A DNA stretch of 64,000 nt from Haliotis rubra. Taxonomy: Eukaryota. The position numbers and the translations under genes are program-made. This document shows positions 26,094-37,191 of the stretch, piece by piece (position 1 is the stretch's first letter; each line of letters opens with the position of its first letter). Below the pieces are notes generated by a model. The model was not told the origin of the DNA. It did not search any database and worked only from the letters and a program-made list of their open reading frames with translations. The DNA lies in contig NW_025765403.1 of the NCBI RefSeq assembly GCF_003918875.1, positions 1,736,001-1,800,000 of the forward strand, read 5' to 3'.

Positions 26094-29000
26094 TCATTTT
26101 AGTGCTTTGTTTTCTTCATGTTCTTTCACATCGCCTTTGGACGTTATCACAGTTCCTCTTCTTCGGAACAATGGTTCACACAGTAGAACTACAGCCGTTA
26201 TGTAACTACAGATTCCAATATAGATGTAACACATGTTGTATGAACCAGTCCGATCCCGGATTGCGCCTGCAGGAAGATAACATATGTTATGATCTAATCC
26301 ACGATTGATTCAAAGGAAAAACTATATTTACTGAAAATTGGTACGTACTCGTCATTATTGATTATCTGATACTGATGTCAAAACAACGGGACAACAAATA
26401 ATGTCTTAAATGACCTTTCATTCTATCGGATTCATACGTTTAAATGTATGTATATTAAATATAGTTCAAGCAATCGATGAATGATGGTGATTTTACATAT
26501 GATGGTGGTTTTATACATATGATATATAATTAATGAATGAATGAGTTTAGTTTTACGCCGCACTCGGCATTATTCCAGCTATAGGGCGGCGGTCTGTAAA
26601 TAATCGAGTCTGGACCTGACAATCCAGTGATTGACAGCATGAACATCGATCTACGCAACTGGGATACGATGACATGTATCAACCAAGTTAGCGAGCCTGA
26701 CCAGGCGATCCCGTTAGTCCCCTTACGACAAGCATGGGTTACTGAAGCTCAATTCTAATCCGGATCTTCACGGGTCATATGATATATACATTCCATATCA
26801 CACATATCAAGGTGTATAGCAACAGTATAGCTATTACTAACAATAGGATCATGGAAGAACCAGTTGTCAAAGATGTCGGTTCGTGGGTCATCAGGACCAC
26901 AAAATTGCTACTGTGCTTCAGAACAGATATTCAGCCAAAATATTGTTTAAACCCGAGTAAACTGCAAGAAAGGATAAAAATATATGGATGAACAACTTTA
27001 TTATTTCAAGAAGTTATTCACCCATATATTATGATCCTTCCTTACTGCTCCAATTTCTAAACCCCAGTCAAATAAGTCAGTTAACTGCGCTGAAGTTTTA
27101 AACAAAAGAAAGAAAAACACTTAAAAAACATTGATCTTACCGATGATGGGATGTGTGACTGATACAGCAAGTCCATAGAACACGGAAACAAACCCGAGAA
27201 CTTTCGGCATGTTGTCAAGTCCCATGAAGTCTATTATGGCCACGGGCATCAGACAGTGGAAGAAACTACCAAAGAGTCCAACTATGACAGAATACACAAC
27301 TAAAAGTATATATGTGTTGTAATAAGAGGCAAACATAGTGGCTGTACCAGATATGAGTACACCAATGGCCATTAAATGGTTTACTTTTAAGTATTTGAGG
27401 TCTGCAATAAATCCTACTGCAAGTCTACTGAAGAAGTCAAGCACGCCTGAAATAGTTAGAAGAAGAGCTGCCTCTGCTTGCGGAAAACCCTTCTCGACTA
27501 CGAAGGCGGGAAGGTATGCTAGCACCAATTTGAAAATAATTCCAAAACTTGCTATGGTAACAAACATCAGAAACTTTGCCTGCTTGAACAACGAAAAATC
27601 AAATGATGACAAGGCACGCTTTAGGCACATGCCTACACCTTTGCGTTCTTTTGACTCTTTGTTGTTCCCAGAGGATGATTCAAGATGTGACTCCTGGCTG
27701 CTCCGTGATTTGGGTGCCATGCCTTCATGGAAATTTTGATGATGTTTTGCTTTTTCTGCAATCACTGGACGGAATGTCAAGACGTCGTCTCTCATTGCAT
27801 CCGCACCATTCTCACACTCTTCACCAGTGCTTTCCTGGTCTCGCGCTTTCCTTTCATTCATGACAGATTTCAATCCTGCTGCAGTCTTACGGAATGAACT
27901 TAATGGCCTAAACAATGCCCCTCCGACCCACATGTTCATTGTCAGCCCTGTTAGGATCAACATACTTCCCCGGACACCATATTCATCCAGTAGGAAGTTT
28001 ACTACAGGTGGGAATATACTGTTTCCCAAACTGTTTCCAGATAGGGCCACTGCTGTGGCAATACCTCTTCTCTTCTTGAAGTACTTTCCAATCAGCACCA
28101 GTGCTGGGCCACCGACCATTGAATGGCCTAGACCTGTCAAGGAAAGTATTACCTCATCATACATAACCTTTACTCGCTTAATACTGTCGTAATTGTTCAG
28201 AGAATAAGTATGCGTTTGCTGACATCACAACTTTGTCAAAGTTACAAAGTACATATACTATTCACAGTTTGCTAAGGATCACTAAAATTCGCAACTTTAC
28301 TTCAACGCAGATTTATAATTTGAAACTGTATCCATTTAATCTGGATACATAATGATATGGTAACACATCTCCAGGAAAACAGCTACTTTAAGCTAACCGT
28401 ATGCACTTGATACTTGTGTAACCATAAACATGGTTTGTATGGCACCAATCAAACATTTTGCAAATCATGGCACGGGTCATTGACAAGTACACAACACCTG
28501 TCAATAGCAGGTATGGGATCCACAAGATGCAGTAACATACTGAAAACTTCGATCCCTGCTTACAATAGGCTAAGATATTTAAACCAAACTTTTCCCCCCA
28601 TCATAGTTTTCTGTTGAATCAATGATTTTATCCTTAGCAAGGTGTGAATAGTATATATTTCATCAATGCAACTAATGCAGCTATAGCACCAGTAAATCAT
28701 ACAAGTAAATCCCATCAAAATGCAGTAAGTATCGGAATTGAAAATTGTTTGGTTTGATTCTGTCATAGCGGAATTTGAGCACGTGAACAACATTTCCAAG
28801 CTTAGGCTTTATCAATATTGAGTGACTACACACGATATGTACCGATGGCAGACAAAGTAATCCATATTTTATCATTCCAAGAGTAGAGAATGGGATTCCT
28901 TGTACTTTGTTATGAAAACACACCAAACTATCCCCCCTAATCAGATACGCAAATTAATGTTATGATACATCTGTACGTCAAAGACCTGCTCTCTAGAGAG

Positions 29001-32000
29001 CTTATTAACTTAAGGTTTAAGGCATGCAGACTTTGATGTAAGCTGGATCTCTGATTACCAAACCATGAGAAAATATACTATCTCTGTGAAGCCCATCTTG
29101 CAACCCAAGGATGTTTATACCCATAGCATGACTGACCCTCCCACAAAGGGAACCTTGCTTGATACTGTGTATTCCTTTGGCATCCGCCATATGCAACAAG
29201 AAACGACTCTCATCGGAAAGTGAGCCCTTAAGCCATTTTCCAATGTTCCAGCGAACACGTCGATTTTACCAGGCAAGTTTGTGAGCTGGAGACAGCTTTA
29301 TACGTTAGATTGGTCTTCGAGCCCTCCATCTTCAAGCTTTCCAAGGATTCCCGACTGTCCCTTTAGGAAACGGTTCTCACATGAACGGGGCCTGACAAGT
29401 CTCAACTATCCTCTCTCATTGTTGTCTTACGGAGTCTGGTAGACCTTGGAAGATCTGTTACATCATTGGTAGCACTGTGTTTCTTCAAGAGCTTATATAA
29501 TCTTTGATAATTCCGCTATTGCGCGAAAATTCAAATTATTAGAACATCTTTAATACAGGAATAAGCTTGCGTACTTATGAAAGATAACCTATTTCAAAAC
29601 ATGGTAAATTTATGTACTGCTTGTGAATACAATTCATGTCCAAGAAATTCCCAAATGAAACTGTAATGTGTATCAAGATGCCTATCTTCAGACACCTAAA
29701 GCCTATTATTATTACCCGGTGTATGTTATGTGATTTGATATTTTGTAGATAATATACCCACCAACAAGAATGCTGTGTGTACAGATGAGGTAGGTCATAC
29801 TGGTGGGGAACACTGCTGTCAGCATCCCCAAGGATGATATTGTTCCGCCAAGAAGTACGGTTTTTCTTTCCCCAAGCAGTTGTAGAATCACATTCATGGT
29901 AAAGAGCGCTGCAAACACAATGTGACCACAAGCGAATGCTTACAAATGTATTTTCCATCCCGTGTAAGATGTGTTCTGTTAAACAATGTTCGCTTACGTC
30001 AACAGCATCGGCGCGAGCAGATATACAAGAACATATAACATTCTTTCTGTAAAGTTTTGTTGAAATATTTGACATGAGATAGTTTTAGCTTGTTTTAGAT
30101 TACTTTTCTTTATTACTCACAACCCAGGCTGTATGATGCTGACATCACACCCATGAATAATGTTGTTTTTAGAGCAGATGCCTCGAATTCATTCACGTAT
30201 TCTACGAAGAATAGGCCTTTAGCTTGTCCATATCCGACCATCAAAATGACATTCAGGAAACTACCTGGAAAAGTCAGCATTCATCAGATACGACTTCGAC
30301 GACATAATGAAATCGATTGGAATATTATGGATGACATGTCAGCTATTAATAACAATGTAAGTGATAACAGACACCCCGTATTAGAAAAACGACAATTGTA
30401 CAACATACATATATACTCAACAAAGTTAGAAACTTGACACCCAAATTATGTTTCGAAGTTTCTTCTTGTGCAACTCGTGGGCTGCTTATAAGTATACTTG
30501 GCGACAGACGTGAAGCGTGAAGAAGCGCGGCAAACAGCGAGTCATGTTATAACCTTAGGGTACTAGAATGTAACCATACATACATTGCTTGCAAGTTTAA
30601 TCGAAAAGCATGTGTGTCGCAAATCAAAAAATGTAGCATGAGCGTGGCATGAGTAGGTTTGTTTGCTAGACAATCTGTTGTAGCCCTTGCAGGAGTCCCG
30701 GGTTGCAATAATTGTTTTGTCCGACTATATCCCGTTTGAGAAACATACGGGCACCGTTGTAGATCGCTCAATGTGAGAAGAAGATCACCATCTCCACAAC
30801 AGGTATTTGTCAGAGTCCGCATCAGACCATCTGGAATGGTCTGATGCACCTCAGGTATTGGAGCCACACGACCATAAACAGGACCTATCCTGACGCAATG
30901 TGCTCATTAGCAACGTTTGCGACAGATCCACCCGGTATGCCAGGTTGAAACTGCACGTTTTGCTGATTGCAGAATACAGTGGGAAGGGGTGTCATTATAT
31001 TCCAAACAAAGTTACCGCAATCCACATTCCATCGTCTGTATTGTAACCCTGATGGAAGCTGTATGATACATATCTAGTTTAATAATAGTTGTACATTGTA
31101 TATGAAATTCAATTTAACAAGTGTCATGTTTGTAACGTAGCTATGTGACTATATATATTCACGTACCTATACACCTCTCTGTCATTCATAGATTTGGTAG
31201 CGTGTTGTAAGCTTGCCACAATGCCGCTATAAACGATATTTCGGTCATATTATGGCTTAACTTATTTGTCTGTTTTCTGTCTGTCTGTTATGGATCTGAG
31301 CTTAGTGAAGATCTGGGCCCCGTTTCACAAAGCTCTTGTAGCGCTGCGACTATCGTAAGTCATTGTTACAGTATAGGAGGTAGGGATGCTACGAGGAAAG
31401 TTACGAGATCTTAGGCTTACTAGAGCTTTGTGAAACGGGTCCCAGGGTAGGTGTATTATTAAGTAGCCTATGCATACAGAAAGAGGCGACTTGCGGGTCA
31501 GACTCGTTGATCTGGTCCATGCATGTCATTGCATTCCTATTGCGTAGATCGATGTTTATGGTGCCATTCACTGGATTGTATGGCCCATGCTCATTTACAG
31601 ACCACGGTCATATAGCCGGAATATTACCCATTGTGGCGTTAAACAGCCACCAAACAAATCAGCACAGGCACTCGCGACACCCTTGGCCGCCTGGAAAAAA
31701 ATATAATTGCTGGTTTCATCTGAGCATCAACATAAATTGTCATTGACAGACTTAAGAAAAGCATCCAGCATAAAAAACCAAAACCAAAATACCAGCGCCT
31801 TGAGCATGCACTAGTGCGTGGATATGTGCGCTATGTAAATATGCAATAATAATAATAAAGTGTAGGCTATTCTGCAAAATAGAAGGCAAGTTGGTCACCT
31901 GCTAGAACAACCCAAGCCCATCCACGGTCTATGGGCAGACCATCATCCTGTTCTTGTGGCTGATTGTCTAACTCTCCTCCATCCTCATCGTCCTTCAGGA

Positions 32001-32100
32001 GCTTTTTGGCAACATCTCCATCTCCGTTCGAGCTGACTACAGTTACGGCACACAACTCCGCTTCATCACTTGCTGCTTGTCCAGGTTTCGACGTGGGCAT
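26094..32100 (-). CDS. SLC16/monocarboxylate transporter-like MFS gene, paralogue C (~552 aa; exons 32100-31899, 30264-30121, 29908-29762, 28133-27141, 26266-26094)
   Basis: GT-AG phase-1 introns and exon sizes of 144 and 147 bp are identical to the paralogues. Motifs: PIDRGWAW, YFKKRRGIATAVALSG, DFFSR, GAIRDRTGSY. Ends at TGA 26094. Confidence 0.93.
26529..26776 (-). mobile_element. SINE-like family B, full length with 12-bp TSD
   Basis: Direct repeat ATATGATATATA at 26517-26528 and 26777-26788 directly abuts the GACCCG 5' end. Confidence 0.92.
31316..31442. mobile_element. PIF/Harbinger-type MITE
   Basis: TIRs GGCCCCGTTTCACAAAGCTCT / AGAGCTTTGTGAAACGGGTCC, flanked by CTG and CAG. Confidence 0.85.
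31480..31660 (+). mobile_element. SINE-like family B, decayed
   Basis: AAGAGGCGAC...GCGTAGATCGATG...CACTGGATTGT...ATATAGCCGGAATATT. Confidence 0.7.
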
Positions 32101-34879
32101 TCTGCTGTTGCCTACATCGGATGGTATACGTAGAATTATTCTCGATGGTTGTCACGCCTAAAAGCTGGGTGAAGTGTGCGTAAAGTAGGTCACAATTATA
32201 TTTGAACAATATTTCTGTTACATCCTAGTGCGTTCGCTCTCTACATTATGGAAGTGTTCTAGGTTATTTGCCAAAGGTCATGGTTACATATCAAAGAGTA
32301 CAGAGTGCGAATGTGCAATGAAAACTATCTCACTAATACCTGACATATATCTAAATGTGTGTCTTTGGTAATTACGTTTCATCATAGCATCTTCATATAA
32401 AGTTAGTCATAAACTTTAAGGGGACGTACGAACATAGCAATGCTTCAAATTTATTACAAATGGCTATTCATGTTTACAGTGAGACAGACATTACAAAATC
32501 TCTCATTTTCATTTTCTCCCATACGTTTGCTAGTGTATATTGTTAGTTTTTAAGAGAACGTCTCTGACATTTGGCTAATTTATAAAATTCTGCCAAATTA
32601 CAATCCACAGACATATAGTGGATGATATATTCTAGATAGCCAAATTATGGAATCATTACTTTCCATTTGTCTCATATTGTATCATTTTTGCCACAATAAT
32701 CATATATTTTTTTCAATATTATACAACAATATTTAATAGTCCTTTAAAGATATAAATATACACATGAACACAGATGGGTAAATTAATTCAAAGCAAAACT
32801 TTAAAAGGTGCTGAATGTACAACTTCTATGTTCTTAACAACACTAAGTCCCCATATTTCTACACTGTAAGATAACAAATAGAAATAGCAATGATATCTGG
32901 AATTCCAGGGGATAACTAATAACTTAATGCTTAACATTAGAAATAATCAAAATATACCAAAAATACCTTAGCCTGCAAACATATTATTTTCTATCCTTTG
33001 CCCCTACCACTGAGTCACCGAATAAGATACCAACATATTTATGACAGGAAGCGCAATCTTTTTGGTCGCCATATTGGAACAACTTTGCATGTTTCGATCA
33101 TCTCCCGCCATCTTTGAAAACTATGACACGATGATTTTTAGCCATCATGCTGTGTTCGAAGTTAAGCCTTTAATACATGGCGTCTCTCCTGTACACCAAA
33201 ATTACGCAAAATATTATTCAGAAAAGGGAAATAGAAGTGGGCTTAGGATACACCTTTGACAACACCTATTGCAGATTCAATGCATTAAAATATTACTATT
33301 AAGCTTGATGTACGCTGTAAGACTTGCAGAGAGACCTTGGATTGATTTGAACATGTTACAACTGACCTGTAATATAATGAAATGTACTACATTTTGCCTC
33401 AATGACGACGAGAAACATTTTATTATGTTTTTAGCGAAACAAGGATACCATTTCATTCTCTTTTAAAACAGGTCTCAAGACATACAAGTACTTTCAAAGT
33501 CATCAAATGTATTGCAGTTAGCGTTGTTGACACATATAAATATATTATTTTGTGTTCAAAATAGAATTGATAAATTATTTATGATGTTAACATATCACGC
33601 ATATATCACGCATGAAAAGTGTGTCTTCATCTTGCACCGATTCAACAGATTAACTTTCTTATCCATAAGAGACAACACAAGTGACCAACAAAGATAGTCT
33701 TGTCATTGAGTGCAAGTATTATGAGAAATAATTCTTCATTAATCGTTCCCTATTACATGGATCCACTGTGCACATTATGATCTTGCTGTTGTTACCTTCA
33801 ATGAGGTGTTTTCTTTATGATACTCACTAACGTTGTTTCGAATCGGTATTGTGTTGAGCTCAGAGCCTATATACATCGAAGTCAATATGAGTCTAAAGAA
33901 CATAAATCATTACCATAGGATTACACGATGTTATTACAATGACATTTCATGTAATGTTATAAAATAACAATGTCATACATAAGTTTGTATAACGCGTCAG
34001 CATCCTCAACGATATATCGAGTGTATAGATGTAACCCAGCCTTCAAAATGTCGCACATATTTCATAAGAATCACTAAGAAATGGTTCTCTGAGAATGAAA
34101 TCAAATGATTTAAGTCCATATCTCTAGATATAACGTATTATTAAATAAAACACGTAACATCGGTTCAACGATGCGAACAGAATGCAAATACACGTTTGAC
34201 TCTCTTACTAACATTTGTACAACTCAAACATACCTTAAGCTGACCTGTATCAGTCAACGTAGTTCACCTCCTCTGCTGAATGTAAAGTGACAAAGCTATC
34301 ACAGATGACCCACATATTACCAATGAAAACCGAGATTCTGAACATGCGTTCTGTCTTTTATCAGATTTGATGATTTTGTTCTCTGTAGGTATCAACGTGT
34401 CATCTTCGTGATACTAACCCCAGACAGTGGAGTTAAGATTTACGGTGTATGAAAACACCCATACAAATACACTCATTTGTTTTACACCCGTGTACAGACG
34501 AAGAGAAAACAAAGAGAAAAGGACAATGGCTTACTTCATCCAGTTTCTATGAAGACAATGACTACCCAGTTAAATACACTGTTAGCAAAATATTATGCAA
34601 CCGACTGAAAATAGCTTTCTTTCTTTAGCTTATTTTCTCAGCAATATATATGGCTTCTGTCTGTAAGTAAATCGTGTCTGGACAGGACAATCGAGAGACT
34701 GACTATATGCGCATCGATCCCCGCAGTGGGGTACGATGAAACCCAAGCCTGATAGCGTTAATCGCCTTTTACGACAATCATGGATCATATAAGACCATCT
34801 TCAACCCGATCTTAACTGGTCTGAAAATAAGGGGACTTAGTAGTAATGATGTAATGATCATATATGTCCATAAATCATT

Positions 34880-35340
34880 ATGTACGAGTAGACCATTATC
34901 TGGAGTGTCCACCATGTTGGGTGATACGTGTCCGACAATGATGCCATACTGTTGATGACACTGCGTACGGTTACGATTAGTATTGCCCACCATTGCGCCT
35001 GACGTGTAGTACCGATATTTGGCGTACATCCTTCGCCCGACAACTTCCGCAGATGCTGTATTGAGGACAAATCACCGGGCCAGCGGTCCAAGGTATGTAT
35101 GCCTTCTCGTAGGATACAATCAGTCGGCCAAACCACCATATGCATGTTCACTGGCATTGTCAACTTGGAGTTACAAACCTCTTTTCAAAAAGAGGTAACA
35201 TGTCATGAGTGGTGTTGCCCCAATCGTGCCACTAAGTATCAAATCGATAATGGTCAATAATTGTTACCCTGGCATACCGATTCCTTCTGCTAACAGCCCC
35301 ATCTGCACTTTGTGAATCGGAGGTGAAACCTTGTCTCTGA
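34880..35340 (-). mobile_element. Highly decayed Tc1 transposase fragment
   Basis: RWPGDLSSIQHL resembles WPA.SPDLSPIEHLW, and the terminal HGGHS matches the GGHTRY end of the other Tc1 copies. No TIRs recognised. Confidence 0.6.
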
Positions 35341-36765
35341 ACTCACTCACTCACTCACTTACCAGACTTCGGCTTTGATGTGATTAGATCAAACCCAAAG
35401 TCATGGCATAAGGTACATCTAAACGATAAATGCATTCGCTCCATTGTTCTATTATCATATCTATAATACCTATGCACGTACAATGAACTTTCATATCGTT
35501 TTATGCGTTGCCTCAAAACTTCAGTGACACACTGCTTTAAAAAGTGATTTTATTAAATATCATGCAATTTGCAACACTACTACATCAGTGGGTAAAGTGT
35601 GAGGCACTAAACAAATCGACTTTATATTTTTTCGCCTCAAGACGGGCTGACACAGCCGAGATACACTGACAAGGTCACCCTGCTGTCCTTCACCTTCATT
35701 CGCTGTTTCTAACATTTCACATACCCGTGCAGGCTGAAGTGGAAAATCCGAGCCTCCTCGTACACCTGACCTACATCGCGCGATATGTTATCTGCCTTGC
35801 TATTTGATCGCGAGAATGTTAGGACTTCCATTGCTTTCTCTTCAACGTGTCTGCTATCAGATAGGCCGGTTGAGTACAATTGGCACTGTAGAGTTGCGGC
35901 CCTTGTCTGTTCAAGTATCCGTTGATCAAGGTATCAAATCGACTTTTCCCACCAATACACACATATTATGCAAATAACTCAAATACTGTGCACTCAGTTA
36001 AAAGCTGGGTTTTCAGATGTACGACTACAAATCATTGCAATATTGCTGCAATTCATAAGCAATGTATAATAAATCGTCCGTTCACTCAAAATCCCATTCA
36101 CCGTTTCTTATATTTCTTCAGTGACTGACATCATGTCTTAACGATTGATATTTGTCTTCTCACTTCATGTTGTAGACTTAATATAAGCGTGTATCCGTAT
36201 GTCGTATCATATGTTAGGAAAACAGCTCATGTTATTCCTTTATATCCCAATCACAATATCAGTTATACAGAAACACATTCAGCTAATAATATATACATAT
36301 GGATGCTTCTATATCGATTAAATGAAGGTCTGTTATGCTGCCTTAGTTATGTGATAGATTAGAAGAAAAAAATAAGCCAACTTCCATATACGCGTATTTC
36401 AGGAATAAATAGTTCACGTGTCTTTGAAATGCAAACTAAAATGCATACTGTTTCATTTGGCAAGTTGCCGTGGTTGCCATGTCGTCTAATCTGACCACCC
36501 GACCCCGTTAATTGCCTTTATCAAGACGCATGCAAGTTCAAACACTTTTCATAAAGTTGGAGGATCACATTCGTATCTACTGGTCCGATATTTAAAAACA
36601 AAATTTTACAGCCTCGACATGTCAATATTTATGCACAATGATCCCGTCATATCCAGTATGTTCCATTAAACGCACACGGTAACTGGGTGTAAATGTCCAA
36701 ATGATATGAGTTAACATACGAGAAAAAAACCATAATCAATCTACGCATCTACGTAAGACATGATA

Positions 36766-36993
36766 TATCTGGGATTACACGTTCTCAGAGTGTAGTATTT
36801 TTGTTGGGTTAAGTCCCATCACAGACACAGAGTAGGAGTCTATCAAGTAGAAACTAAGTTGTTTAGACGGCTGACTTTGTGTGCTGGCGAGTAGGTGCCT
36901 GACTCTGAGGATGTGAGATTGAATCACGGATGGGACTCAACCCAACAAAAGTACTAGAATCTGTACTTTACTGAGAAAGTGTAATCCCATATA
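36766..36993. mobile_element. Foldback MITE-like element with long imperfect TIRs, TA-flanked
   Basis: TGGGATTACACGTTCTCAG...TTTTGTTGGGTTAAGTCCCATC pairs with GATGGGACTCAACCCAACAAAA...CTGAGAAAGTGTAATCCCA. Confidence 0.7.
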
Positions 36994-36999
36994 TAACAG

Positions 37000-37106
37000 G
37001 GCCCCGTTCCTCAAAGCGATCGTAGCGCTAAGATGATCGTAACTCCCATACTTTAACATAGACTTACAACTGTCGTAGCGCTACGATCGCTTTGAGGAAC
37101 GTGGCC
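37000..37106. mobile_element. PIF/Harbinger-type MITE with CAG TSD, ~85 bp downstream of the MCT paralogue D stop codon
   Basis: TIRs GGCCCCGTTCCTCAAAGCGATCGTAGCGCTA / TAGCGCTACGATCGCTTTGAGGAACGTGGCC, with CAG on both sides. Confidence 0.88.
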
Positions 37107-37191
37107 CAGGTGTTACATTTGACCACTATCTAAATGTCATTGCGTATCCAATCTAAGCATCTATACACGTCATTCGTAAGCACACGGTCTC

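Noticed and set aside
29020-29200. Possible endonuclease fragment (PPTKGTLLDTVY)
   Set aside because: A single short motif only; it cannot be assigned.
30600-31070. Possible sushi/CCP-like pseudo-exon in MCT paralogue C intron 1
   Set aside because: No continuous frame or convincing cysteine pattern.
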